A stretch of DNA of 64,000 nt from Cyanophora paradoxa CCMP329 (taxonomy: Eukaryota > Plantae > Glaucophyta). Under the pieces are notes generated by a model, which ran no database searches, was not told where the DNA came from, and saw nothing but the letters and a program-made list of their open reading frames with translations. The DNA is taken from the NCBI GenBank assembly GCA_004431415.1, contig QPMI01000395.1:682001-746000 (forward strand). The letters run 5' to 3'. Each line of letters begins with the position of its first letter. Positions within the stretch are counted from its first letter, which is position 1. Below, in pieces: positions 31,091-43,900 of the stretch. The position numbers and the translations under genes were made by a program.

Positions 31091-34000
31091 CTAGTTCGAG
31101 GGCAAGCTGTCGAGGGCCGCTCGGGCGGCTGCGAGCTCCTCGAGCACGCGGCGGGCCTCCGCCTCGTCCGCCCGCGCCGCAGCGAGAACCGCCTGCGCCG
31201 CCGCCGCCCGCTCCGCCGTCGCCTTGCTGAGGGCCTCGAGCGCGGGGCGCGCGGCCTCCGCCAGCGCCCGCTGCGCCGCCTTCACGACCGCCGGGGACGA
31301 GACAGCCGCGGCGGCCGCCCGCACGACGGCGGCGGCCGCCTCGTCGGCGGGGCGGTCGGCGCCGAAGCCAGAGCTGACGAGGGCGGGGCGGTCGACGGAG
31401 TAGGCGACGCGCTGCTTCTCGACGGGCACATTCTCGAGAGTGGGAACCATCTCGACCTGCCGCGATTCTCGGGGTTGGCGGGTGCAGCGAGCCCAACAGC
31501 TTCACATTGTGCCACACCTTCGGCACCATCCGCTGCTTCTGCACGGGCTCCACGTACGACTCCTGCGGCCGGGGGATCGAAATCGGGGGGGGGGGGGGGG
31601 GGGGGGGGCATGCGAGACGGGGTACGGGGCGCACGGAGCATGCCTCCTTGACAGGAAGCACGCGCACCTCCTTCCGAATTTCCGTCTGCGTGCAGGCCGG
31701 CGTCAGGCGGGGCTCTCTGTTACGCGGTGGAGGGCGGCACCTCGGTGTAGGGCACGTGGACCGTGTACTTGTCGATCTGAATGCCGAGGAACCGCCTTTT
31801 ACGCGTCTCGGGCTTCACTCTCTGGACTTGGACCGGCGCGTCCACCTCGTGCAACTTCGTCACTGCGCGGGGCTCGCGGCGGGCGGCGAGCGATCGCGTC
31901 GTGGGCGCAACGCGCACCTTCCTTCTCCACGGTGCGGGTGCGCACCTCGTGCTCGATGTACGATTCCACCTCCTCCACAATGGTCGGGCGGAGCACCTCC
32001 CTGTGCTCGACCTTCACGTCCGTCCACTGCCGCTTGGCGGGCTCCGGGGCCTCGCCCCACTGCAGTGGCGGCAGCTCCCCCGCCGCCGCCTCCAGCGCCT
32101 CGAGGACGGGACCGGCGTCCAGAGCGGCAAGGGCGGGGGCCGGCTCGCCGACCGTGGCGGCGGCGGCGGCGAGGCGGCGGTGAAGGCCCTCAGCGGCGGG
32201 CCCGGCGAGCGCCTCCGCCACCTTGGAGCCCGCCACGTCGGGGACGAGTCGCCCCAGTTCATCTGTGAAGTAACGCTCGACCGCCGCCCACAGCTCCACC
32301 GCACGCGCCGCCGCCTCTGCCTCCGTCCCTTCGCCGCAGCAGGCTTCATCCGCTTCGAGAACTGCGTCTTCGAAGCGGGCGATGGCCCCGGGCCAGTCGA
32401 GTCTCTTGCGTGCCGCCGCCCGCGCCGCCGCGCTGCCGCTCACCAGCGCCGCAGTGGCGGCGAGAACGACGGCCGCGCGATGTGACAGGGCTGCTTCGAA
32501 GGGCCCCGCCTCGAGCAGCTCCGGTAGCTCCAGACCCGCGATCACCTCTGCGCCCCCGCAGGTCAGACGATCAGCCACCACCGCTGCCGCCGCCGCAGGA
32601 AGGCCGCACCGCGCGAGAGGCCGTCGACGCTAGCCAGGGCCGCCGTCGCCTCTTTAGCTGTCGTCGCGCCCTCCTCGACTGCCTTGGTCGCCCCCGTCAG
32701 CTCCGCCTCGGCAAGCTGCGCTCCGCTCAGCGAGCGGCGCGCCTCGCGAGGGGAGCGGCGGCGTGCCTTGGAGATGGCCGCGAGACCGGCGCGGATCTCG
32801 CCAGCGGCGGAGGCCGCGAGCTGCCGCCTCGTGTCGACGTAGAGGGCGCGCAGCCGCTCCTCCACCGCCGCCAGTCCGCTCTGCGCCGTCTGAGCGACAG
32901 CGGCAGAGAGCGGAGGATGACAGGGGCTCGCACTTCTTTAAGAACAGCCACCGCCTCGGCCTGCAGGGTCTCGACGGTCTGAGTTTTCCAACTCCGGCCG
33001 AAGGCCTCCCTGAACAGCTCGGCCTTCTCGGCGTCCGTGGCGCGGCCGAGCAGGTGGAGCCGTGCTCGAAGCGCTGCAAGAGCGCTGAACGGCAGGACGC
33101 ACGTTGGCGGTATCATCACCTGCGCAAACATCAGAGACGAACGCGCTTCGGGTAGAAACCGCGCATGCGCACCCCGGCCTTGCCAAGCTCCGCGCTCACC
33201 CACGCCGGCGCGTCGGCGGGCTTCACGCTGCGCTGTTCGTCGGGGTTATATGCATCCACCTGCGGCGCTCTGCAGTCAGCGAGGTGCGGCGGGCTGGGAG
33301 GCGAGACACGGCGGACCTTGTTGAGGAGGACCAGAACGCGGGGCGAGTCTCCGGGGCGGGTCTCGAAGAGGTGCGGGCGCTGCTGCTTCAGCTGCGCGAG
33401 CGCCGCCGTCCCCTCCGCCTCGTTCATCTTCGTGTACTCCATCACGACGATCACGTAGTTCGCGATGCGGAGGATGCGGTCCGACGCGGCGCTCAGGTGC
33501 TCGGCCCCGAACTCGCCCTTGCCCGCCGCGTCAAAGAACGAGAAGCGCGTCTCGCTCGACGGCAGGTCCGTGAGTAGCTCCAGCGGGGCCTCGACCGTCA
33601 AGCGCCCTGCGCGCCGAATCGGAAGATCGCTCGAGGGCGGAGTGCAGGGCGCTGACCGTCGAAGAGGGCGAGCGTGTCGTGATTGGCGCGGGCCTCGTCG
33701 TTGATCGCCTCGAGGCGCGCGCGAATACTCTCTGCCCCCTCCACCAGCTCCCCGAGCTGATCACCCGCTCCCGCGATGCGCAGCAACGGTGTCGTGCGGC
33801 CGGGAGTATGAACAACCTCAACGGGCACCGCCGTCTCTGGCTGCGTGGCGCTGCGAGGGGGAATAAGATATTATACGTTGTGTTCGATCGAAAAGAACGC
33901 GCGCACGCGGGCTGCAGGCGTTGACCGAGGAAGGCGTTGAGGGTCGTGGACTTGCCGGCCTTGAAACGACCCATGACGCCCACAACGAATTGCGACTCGT

Positions 34001-35150
34001 CTAGGGACCGCTTGGTCTTATCGAGCACCCGGATGAATTCGTTGGCTGCATCCGCGAGGGCCGAGGCTAGCTGGTCGGCGTCGGGCGTGCGCCGACGGGT
34101 CTCACGGCCGGCTGCCTGCGCTGCGGACGTGGCTGCTTTGATGGTGACTCCGGCCGCCTGGCTGACGTGCCCGATCGCAGAAGTCGCTTGAATAGAAGTG
34201 GGCGCCGACGAGCGCAACCGAAGGCTGGAGTCTTCATGAGCTGGGCTGGGGCTGACACTTGATTTCGATTTCGAGTCGACGTATGCAACGGAGGCTCCTT
34301 GAAGCACGACGCCACGGCCGGCGATGGAGGTCCTGAGCGTCTGCCACTCGGAATCCGCACCAAAGAGCAGCTGCTCCTCGGGCCGCAGCACAGCGTCCCA
34401 GAGGAACTTTCGAGCCGCAAACTCCGTCCGCGGTCGGAACTGCCGCAGCTGCACCGCCGCCCGATCCGCGAGCGCATCCAGCGCCTCCGCGCGCACCGCG
34501 CCGCGCGCCGTTTCGCTCAGAAGCTCGAAGGCCGTGCGCCAGAGACCGTCGGGGTCCGTCGAGGCGCAATGGACCTTCCGCTGCAGTCGGGAGCTCGCGC
34601 TGCTGAGCGAGGCGCGGCAGAGAGCGTCGGCGATCTCGCGGACGCCTTGGTCGGCCGAGACGATGAGGAAGCAGATGCTGGCGGGAAGCAACGCGTGAAG
34701 CGACGCCGCCCGCACTGCCAGCTCGAAGTCCGCCGCGTTTCGGAAGCGTTTCGGGGCCCGCAAGGGTACCACGTCGGGGCGCTCCTCGCCCCGCGCGAGC
34801 CGCTGGAAGCGCTCCTGCACGAGGGTCAGTGGCGATCGATGTGGCTGGGCGAGGCCTAGGTGGGGCGGGGCTGCGGACCTCGTTTGGTGGATCCTCGTGG
34901 TAGAAGACGAGTATCCGGGCGTAAAACAAGAGCGAGGGGGCCTTGAGGAGGGCCGCAATCGCCCGCTGGTCGTTCTCGTGGTCGATGAAGATGACGAGCT
35001 CGAGCTTGAGTACTGGATGGACGGAGTAAGACGCGGCTGAGCCCAAGGGAGCACTACAGCGGCGGGCGCACCGTCCTCCTTGCCGACCCGTAGGTCCCCA
35101 AGCGCAGCCTGCAGGTTCACTGGCTCCGCCGAGGACAGAGCGAGATCCCG
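31091..35150 (-). CDS. PIN/NYN-like nuclease fused in frame to a type-A dynamin-like GTPase (A3)
   Basis: ORF 33531-35315 runs without a stop from the PIN module (RNAADFELAVRAASLHALLPASICFLIVSADQG) through a Ser-rich linker into FVVGVMGRFKAGKST. No Met lies between the PIN module and the A-type N-terminal helix. Then FFDAAG, LLNK|VD, tip ETRKRRFLGIQIDKY, and stop at 31091. Confidence 0.75.
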
Positions 35151-37320
35151 TGCGGGCGACGGCGACGCAGGGCCCTTTGTCGGCAACCTGCAAGAATGAC
35201 CTTTCGCATCGCTTGAGCGGAGACGGAAGGTGGGACGGGGCTTACACGTCGTGTTCGGGTGGGGAAGATGATGCGGGCTTCGCCAGCGACGCGGAGGGCG
35301 CTTCCTGCAAAACACGTGAGCACATAAAAGTCATGAGGGTCCACTTCAGCTCACTTCTTGGGGCTTCGGAGCAGGCCTGCGGATCATCGAAAGAAGGAAG
35401 TCAGATAAATGAGCGATTCGGGACGAAAAGCTTCAAGTTGCGCACTTTTCTGCCTGTCCAGCTCTCAGAGGAACGACAGACCGCTTTTCTCTTTCGTAGA
35501 AGGACAGAGTCAGCGAACCAAAGTTCACATCGGGCAGCTTTCTGGATTTTGAGAAGTAAGCGATGGCCACAACATGAGGTGCGGCGTGAAGCGCGGACCC
35601 CTCGGCCGGTCTGGCGACCACCAGATCGACGGCGATGGGCACGGTCAGGCTGCCGGCGAAGGCGAGTGGGAGAACCCGCTTCTGATCCTTCAACCAGCTC
35701 TCCAGCGCTTCCTTGCCGCAGAGAGGACACAGGTCAAGGCCCGGCCGGAGAGACTTGTGCCCCCCGCCCTGCGGCGTCCGCTCGTACTGCGGCACCCGCT
35801 GCGTCACCAGCGCCAGCTCCAGCCTGCTCGAGCGCTCGAGTGTTTCCAGCTCGCTGCGCGGTAGTCAGATTGTCTGCGGCCGCCGGAAGTTATCCGAGCG
35901 ACTCACCCCAACGTAGCGACGCGGTTGAGGCGGAAAACACTGTACTTCCAATCGGGGAGCCGGAATCTGCCGTCCGCTTCGCGCACGACGGGAACAGCAC
36001 TCGGCCCCACATCCGTGTCCTCCCGCCGCAGCACCTCCAGCACTTCGAGAGGCTTCTGCATCTCATCTGATGCCTCTTGCGGGTGCGCCGCAGTGGCCGT
36101 GAGCTCTGCGCGCCGAGCATTAGCTACGTGAGGCTGAAATTAATCCACCCTGCCCACCAGCAGGCTCTGCACCGCGGAATGACTCCGCGGGCTTTACACT
36201 TGTCATATCGAAGGAGGCCTGAGGAAGCGGGAGAAGGTGCTGGACAGCTTGCAGTGCCTCTGGGATCTCCAGTAGTGCGTAGTCACGGTCTGTGAAACCG
36301 GCGCAGATCAGAAAAGAAATAAACGAGCACTGAAGACCGCGACGCGTGCGGACCCGTAGGCGCAGTCACCACCACGACGTTGAAGCTGCCAACCTCGCCA
36401 TCGCTGTCGGTGAAGACAGCGCGTGCGAGCTTGTTGATCGGGAAGGAGAAGGGCGCGTGAAGGACGGCAACGCGTTGCCCGGGTTGGGGCGGCTGATCCA
36501 GGAGGACGCTGCTGGCGCTGCCGGGAAATAATCCGTATCGGATGATGTTGTCGTCTTTCAGGCTCCTGAGCTGCAGCTCCGCGATGTTCGCAGTGCCGTC
36601 GACGTCTACACGAAGCGCAGGCGACGACGCGAAAGGTCTGGGCAGCACCAACGCCACGTTGGCGTGGCGCTTGATCACCGCAGCCTCCAGGCCTCTCTCG
36701 ATACGCCGGCTAACGGAAAAAGCGCAGGATCCGGGGCCCCGCGGGTTCTTCGAGGCCACGGCAAGACCCTTCGGTACCCGGTCCGCCGTGCGTCAGCGCT
36801 ATGAAGCTCATGGTGAGCGCCGTCGCGCTGTGAGCACCTGAAGCCTCGAAAGGACCTGCAGCAGCGCGCCAGCCGATCGTCGCTCCATCACTGGCACACG
36901 CTCCTCAAGATCGGGCTCCTCCCGGTTCTGCCGCAGCTCCGCCATAAGAATTGCACAAGGGGGAGAAGTTATGCCACCGCTTACCGCCATTCTCAGCAAG
37001 CGCTTCAGAGTCGTTTCCTGCCACGAGAAAGGTCAGGAGCTTGGAGGAGGGGGCCGCGGCGCGGAGCTGGGAGAAGAGCGGGCACGCACGTCAGGGGAGA
37101 GCGGAGAGCAATCCTCCAGCCCACCTGGCGGGTTCCAAGACTCGCGTACGACCCCGGTACGGCTTGCGCCTGCAGCTCGCGCTTCTGGAATCTTCGCTCC
37201 AGGGCTCTGCGCATCGCTGCAGCATGAGCGCTCGTGCGCAAGTAGCACGTGTGCATGCGGGCGCTCACATTTCTGCTCGCCGGCATCACGTCAGCCGAGG
37301 CTTGAACTCGCCCGCAGTGT
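35151..37320 (-). CDS. Exons encoding unknown domain X (copy 2) and further unknown sequence, probably the upstream part of the PIN-A3 gene
   Basis: ORF 36283-36759 is homologous to the 1677-2102 exon. Protein-like exons DRDYALLEIPEAL.., ELTATAAH..RLPDWKYSVFRLNRVATLG and ELETLERSS..DLCPLCGKE..VNFGSLTLSFYE join with consistent intron phases. Confidence 0.55.
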
Positions 37321-40300
37321 AGGATGCCGGAGGCGGCGGAGCGGCCGGCGGCGCCCTCGAGGGCGGCGGCGGCCGCGGCGAGCTCCGCGCGGGCCGCCTC
37401 CAGAGCCGCCGCGTCCCGCGCCGCCGCCCCGCTCGCCGCCCCGTCCGCCTCCGCCCGCGCCCGCGCCGCCGCCGCGAGGGCCTCCAGCCCGGTGCCGCCG
37501 CCGCCGCCGCCGCCGCATGCGCCGCGCGGACGACGGCGGGCGCGGCGGCGGCCTCCTCGAGGGCGCGGAGGGCGGCGGAGCGGGCGGAGGCCGCGAGGGC
37601 CTCGGCGGCGCGCGCGAGGCCGGCGCGGTCGACACTGTAGGCCGCCTTGCGGTCGTGCACGACCCGCTCGTAGCGCTCCGGCTCCTCCCGAACCTGCGGT
37701 ATCCCCATGAGAGGGGTACGCGCGCTGGGGTCCTGAGGAGGGGTGCGGGGCCGCACCTTTTTCACGGTCTTCTCCTTCGGCACGCGCTCGACGTACTTCT
37801 CCTGGGAGAGGTTCAGAAGGCGCATGGGGGGAGGAGATGGAAGGGGGTACGCTCGCCTCCTTCTGGACGGGCTGGTACTCGACGGACTCGACCTCCTCCT
37901 GGGACTCCTCCACGTGGAACTCGTATCCCTGCTCTCCGTCGAGAAGGAAAGCTTTTTCAATCTGGAGGCCGACGATCGCCGATTCCGCCCCGCCAGCGCG
38001 CACGTCGCGCCCAGCCGCGCCTCCATCTCCGCGGCCAGGCACCTGCTGCATGCGGGGAACCATCTTCTTCGCAGCAAAGGGCTCTGCGCGCCACGCGTCA
38101 GCGCCGCGCGCCCGCGAGCAGCCGGCGGGGCGCACCGATCTTCTCGACGATGCGGGTGCGCTCCACCGCCTCGAGGACGGTCTCCGTCGTCTCGTACTCG
38201 CGCGGCACCATCCGCACGTCCTCCACCGCCCGCGCCTCCTCCCACGCCCACTCCACGATGTCGCCGCCCGGCGCCGCCGCCGGCAGCAGCCGCCCCGCCG
38301 CCTCCGCCCCCGCCCGCGCCGCCGCGCGGTACGCCGCCCGGCCGCCGTGAGCTCCGCGGGGCGGCGGCGAGCGCGGGCGCGGGGGCGCCGACGCGCCCGG
38401 CGAGCGCCGCGAGCGGCCCGACGAGGGTGGCGGAGCGAGCGGCGAGGCGCGCCTCGAGGCCGGCGGCCACGCGGCCCGCCGCCGCCTCCAGCTCGGCGGC
38501 CAGGTACGCGCGCCCCGCCGCCCAGAGCGCCTCCCGCCGCCGCTCCGCCGCCTCGCGCGTCTCCGCCTCGCCCCCGCAGAGCCCGTCCGCCTCGGCAGCC
38601 GCCGCGTCGAGGCGGGCGACCAGAGCGGGTCGCCGAGGGCCCGCCGCGCCGCCGCCCGCTCCGCCTCCGAGCCCGAGAGCAGCGCCAGCGCGGCCGCCGC
38701 CGCCGCCTCGAGCCGGGCCAGCGCCGGGCCCTCCTCCCGCCAGAGCGCGGCCAAGAGCGGAGCTGCCTCGAGGTCCAGCACCCGCGCGCCGCTTTTCGCA
38801 GCTGCGCGCGGCGGTTAGCGAAGGTGCCGCGCTTGGCCAGAGGCTGCTTTGCTCACCGTCCTCCGCGCCGGCTGCCTCCCGAAGGATCTCCTCCGATGCC
38901 GCAAAACGGCGGTCGGCTTCGCCCTTGGCGCTCTCGAGCGCCGCAGCGGCCTGCCCGGCCGCCTGCGCACGCAAAGCATCAGGCGCTGCCGGCGTGGAGG
39001 CGGCAGTGGGCGCGGGCGGCGCACGGTCTGGAGGGCGGCGAGTCGGTCGCGGAGCTCCTCGGTCGCCGCGGCCGCCAGCTGCGGCCCGTGCTGCTCGTAC
39101 AGCGCCCGCACCCGCCCCTCCGCCGCCGGCATCCCGCTCTGCGCCGCGTCAGAGTCGGCCGGCGCCGCCGGGCGGATCGGAGCACCCGCTCGAGGACGGC
39201 CCGTGCCTGGGCCAGCAGCGCCTCGTCTGTCTGTCCTCGCCAATCCTCACCGAAGGCGTCCTTAAATAGCTCGGCCTTCTCCTCGTCGCTGGCCGCGCCC
39301 TGCAGGTAGAGCCGGGCGCGGAGGCCGTCCAGCCCCCGCACGGCGATCACGCTCCCCGCCGCCAGCTCCACCTGCCGCGAGCCCGTCGGCGGACAGATCT
39401 GACAGCCCCCGAACAAGGAGCGCACCCCGGCCTCCCGCAGCCGGGCGCGGTACCACTCCGGCGCGGCCTCGGGCGTCACGCTCCGCTCGTCCGCCTTGTG
39501 CTCGTCCGCCTGCGCGGAAACCGAGCTGTCAGCGCCGCTGTCTGCAGCGCTAAAACGCAGCACGGACCTTGTTCAGGAGGACGAGGACGGCGCCGCGGCG
39601 GAAGAGGCACGGGCGCTTGCGGAGGAGCTCCTGCAGGATGGCGATGTCCTCCGCCTCGTTCATCTTCGTGTAGTCCGCCACGTGGATCACGAAGTTCGCC
39701 CGCTCCAGCGCCCACTCCGACGCCCGCGCCAGGACATGGGCGCCGCTCTCGCCGATGCCGGCCGCGTCGATGAGCGCGAGGCGGCCGCCGTGGTCGGGCA
39801 GGCCCCGCATCGCCTCCAGCGGGACCTCCACCGTCACGCGCTTCTCCGCGTACGCGGCGCGCGCGTTCCCGCCGCGGGCGGCCGCGTTCGCCGAGCGGAG
39901 CAGCTGCTGGACCTGTTCGAGGGTGACGGAGGATGGTGCCCCGTCCAGCGCCAGCAGACGTAGCATTTCAGCGTGCACGAACGCCACGGGGAACGCCGTC
40001 TGCGGCTCAACGGACCTGCCAGGGCGAGATCAGGTCCGTCGAAAGCTGGTGAACGAAACGAGGGCTCACGACGGCTGCAGGCGGCGCCCGACGAAGTAGT
40101 TGATGATCGTGCTCTTTCCCGTCTTGATGCGGCCCACGAAGACGACCTTGAACAACGCTTCCTCTGGCAGGCAAGCGCAAGGTCAGCGGCATCGCGTGGC
40201 AAACTGCGAGTAAAAGAAGCGGACCAAGAGTCTTCAGGAGGTCGCTCAACACTTCCTCCGTGTGCTTCGCGCGGGTCCCGAGCGCAGCATAGCTCTCGCC

Positions 40301-40420
40301 GAGCTGGGAGGCGCCTTCGCATTGAACCGCGAACGTGCGCGACATCGCCGCTTGCTGCAGCAGCGCTGAAGCCGCCTGCAGCTTCGTTGCGGGAGGGATG
40401 AGGGTGCTGTAAGCGGTCAT
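37321..40420 (-). CDS. Bacterial-dynamin-like GTPase, type B, copy B3 (several 1-bp frameshifts; no stop at the position where B1 and B2 stop)
   Basis: MTAYSTLIPPATKL.., VGRIKTGKST, LIDAAG, LLNK|AD. Tip GRGDGGAAGRDVRAGGAESAIVGLQIEKAFLLDG. Frameshifts lie in G/C runs at about 38630, 38350 and 37490. Confidence 0.7.
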
Positions 40421-40960
40421 CGCTGCGCCGCTGGCAGACGAAACGCCTTAAGCTGCGATGCGAGGCGATTAGAAGGTCACGGTGCGACGTGAAGTGATTG
40501 ATGGTCAGAATACCTCGGCCGGCGCTCCCTTCCAGCACGTTCCAAGCTCTCCTGCTTCGATCGCAAGAGCTCCCGCTGACGTGATATATCTCTTTTGGTG
40601 CCGATGATCTCCGGCATACGTAATATCCGCGGCGGGGATGCGCCGTGCGACAGCCCTAGCCCTGGGACTGCGTACCGGTACCAGCAACGCAATTCGATCT
40701 CCATGCCAGGCGACCTAGGGGGGTACCCGTTAATGTTTGGTCGAGCGGCTTAGGTCGCTTGACCTGTGAATTGATCTGCACGGGTACCCCCGACGACCTG
40801 TCGCCGCAGTGTCGCGACGACTCTCGACCAGGTCACTTGAGGCGTTCGAGAGACCTCGGATTCTTCAGGCTCGGAAGATGCAGCCCGATCGCGCCCATCC
40901 CAGTTGCGCTGGCATTCCCGTTGCTCCAGCCTTCCCTCCAGCGAATTCCAGCGGTTTCGA
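40421..40960. promoter_or_regulatory. Bidirectional promoter region between B3 and A4
   Basis: Reverse-complement copy of the conserved motif at 40753-40790 (GGTCGCTTGACCTGTGAATTGATCTGCACGGGTACCCC), plus a second inverted GGGGTACCCGT at ~40720. Confidence 0.55.
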
Positions 40961-43900
40961 ATGGCTCTGGCTCCCATCGGGCGTGCGGCCGGAGATGCCA
41001 TCACTGCAGCCACGTCCGCAGCGCAGGCGGCCGGGCGTGCGGGTCGTCGGCGCACACCAGACGCAGCCCAGCTCGCATCGGCCCTAGCGGAGGCCGCCAA
41101 CGAGCGCATCCCGGTGTTCAATAGCACCATGCGCTCTCTAGATGAGTCGCGCTTCGTTGTGGCCGTCATGGGCCGCTTCAAGGCCGGCAAGTCCACGACT
41201 CTCAACGCCTCCCTCGGCCAACGCCTGCAGCCCGCGTGCGCGCTTTCTTTCCGATCGAATACAACGTTCATAACATCTTATTCCGCATCGCAGCGCCGTG
41301 CAGCCAGAGACGGCAGTGCCGGTTGAGGTCGTCCATGCGCCGGGCCGCGCAACGCCGCTTCTCCGCATCGCGGCAGCGGGTGGGCAGCCCGAGGAGCTGG
41401 TGGAGGGACCAGAGGCCATCCGCACGCGTCTCGAGGCGATCAACGACAAGGCCCGCGCCAATCACGCCACGCTCGCTCTCTACGACGGTCCACCCTGTGC
41501 GCTCCGCGCTCGAGCGATCTTCCGATCCGGCGCGCAGGGCGCTTGACGGTCGAGGCCCCGCTGGAGCTACTCAATAACCTGCCGGCGAACGAAGCGCGTT
41601 TCTCGTTCTTCGACGTGGCTGGCAAGGGCGAGTTCGGAGCAGGGCACCTGAGCGACGCATCGGACCGCATCCTCCGCATCGCGAACTTCGTGATCGTCGT
41701 GATGGAGTACACGAAGATGAACGAGGCGGAGGGGACGGCGGCGCTCGCGCAGCTGAAGCAGCAGCGCCCGCACCTCTTCGAGGCCCGCCCTGGGGAGGCC
41801 TGGCCCCGCGTCCTAGTCCTCCTCAACAAGGTCCGCCGTGCCTCGGCTCCCAGCCCGCCGCAGCTCTCTCAATACCGAGCGCCGCAGGTGGACGCGTACA
41901 GCTCTGACGACGAGCGCAGCGTCACGCCCGCCGACGCGCCGGCGTGGGTGAGCGCCCAGCTGCGGAAGGCCGGGGTGCGCATGCGCCGTCTCTATCCGAA
42001 GCGCATTCGTCTCTGACGGTTGCGCAGGTGGAAATCCCGCTGGAGTGCATCCTGCCCTTAAGCGCGCGGGGGGCGCTGCGGGCGCGGCTGAACAAGCTCG
42101 GCCGCGCCGCGGACGCCGAGAAGGCCGAGCTCTTCAAAGATGCATTTGGCGAGGACTGGCGGACCCAGACCGACGAGGCCCTGCAGGCTGAGGCGGTGGC
42201 TGTTCTTAACGAAGTGCGAGCCCCCTGTCATCCTCCGCTCTTTGCCGCTGACTCGGCGCAGAGCGGACTGGCGGCGGTGGAGGAGCGCCTTCGCGCCCTC
42301 TACGTCGACACGAAGCGGCAGCTCGCGGCCTCCGCCGCCGACGAGATCCACGCTGGCCTCGCTGCCATCTCCGAGGCGCGACCCCGCTCCTTTCGGGCGT
42401 TGCGGCGCGGTCTGAGCAGAACACAGCGCGCCGAGGCGGAGCTTGCGGGGGCCTCGGAGGCGGTGCGAGCGGGCACGGCGGCCGACGAGTCCGCGGCGGC
42501 AGCGCTCGCGTGCGTTGAGAGCTTCTCGCGTGGTGCGGCCTCCCCGCGCCGTCGGCGGCGCCCGCTGAGCCTCTGACCGGCGGGCGCGCAGCGGCGAGCG
42601 CGGGGCTGGAGCTGCCGGAGCTGCTCGAGGCGGGCCCCTTCGCAGCGGCCCTGTCGCACCGCGTCCAAGCCGTCCTGGCGGCGGGCGCGGCGCTGGCGAG
42701 CGGCGACGCGGCGGCGCGGGCGGCGGCGCGGAAGAGGCTCGACTGGCCCGCCGCCGTCGCCCGCTTCGACGCCGCTGCTCTGGAGGCGGACAAAGAGGCC
42801 GGCGGGGAAGGGACAGAGGCAGAGGCGGCGGCGCGGGCGGCGTTGCTGCGCGCGGCGATCGAGCGGTACCTCGCCGCCGAGCTACGGCTCGTTCCCGGCG
42901 TGGCCGGCTCCAAGGTGGCGGAGGCGCTCGCCGGACCGTCCGCGGAGCGCCTTCGCGGCCGCCTCGCCGCCGCCGCCGCCGCCATCGGCGTGCCGGCCCC
43001 GCCCTCGCCGCTCCGGGCGCCGGACCCGTCCTCGCGGTGCTTGAGGCGGCGGCGGGGTCGCCCCCGGCGGTGCAGTGGGGCGGGGCCCCGCCGCCGGCAA
43101 AGCGCGAGTGGAAGGAGACGGTCACCGAGAAGAAGACCGTGCTCGAGCCCACCCAGTATGAGGAGCAGGAGTGGTACGTCGAGAACGAGAAGCGCACCCG
43201 CGTCGTGAAGAAGCAGGGTGCGCCCTGCGCCCGAGGCTCGCAAACCACTTTCGCCGCCGACGCCAGCTCCCCGCAGTGCCGGAGGAGTACATGAAAGACG
43301 TCGTGGTGCCGGTCACGAAGTACCGGGCCGAGACGCGCAAGGATAAAATTTTCGGCATCCAAGTGAACAAGTACACGGTCCACATCCCCTACACAGAGGT
43401 TCTCAGTCCCGCTTTCCTCCCCCCCCCCCCCCCCCCTCCCCGCACCCTCCCCCCCCCTCCCACCCCCTCCCCCCCCTCCCCCCCCCCCCCCCCCGACATG
43501 CGCCGCAGAATGAGACCCGCAAGGAGAAGAGCGTGCGGTACGTCGAGAAGGAGTTTACAGTGCGCCCTGTACCCCTTCTGGTCCGGACCGCTTTTGATCG
43601 CCGTTCGCAGGAGCCGTACGTGGAAGCAGTGCAGAAGCAGCGGACGGTGACAAAGGTTCGCAGCGCTGTTCTCGCCGACAAGACCGCTTCTGACCTCCGG
43701 GCCGGGCCGCTGCAGGTGAAGGATGTGCCGACGGTGAAGGACGTGCCCGTCGAGAAGCAGCGCGTCGCCTACTCCGTCGACCGCGCCGCCCTCGCCGCCG
43801 CCGGCTTCGGGCCGGCCGCCCCGCCAACGCGGCCGCCGCCGTCGTCGTGCGGGCGGCCGCGGCGGCTGTCTCGTCCCCGGCAGTCGTGAAGGCGGCGCAG

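Noticed and set aside
37480-38640. Declaring B3 (and A4 or A1) pseudogenes because of frameshifts
   Set aside because: The shifts are mostly 1-bp losses in G/C runs, consistent with long-read consensus error. This is undecidable without reads.
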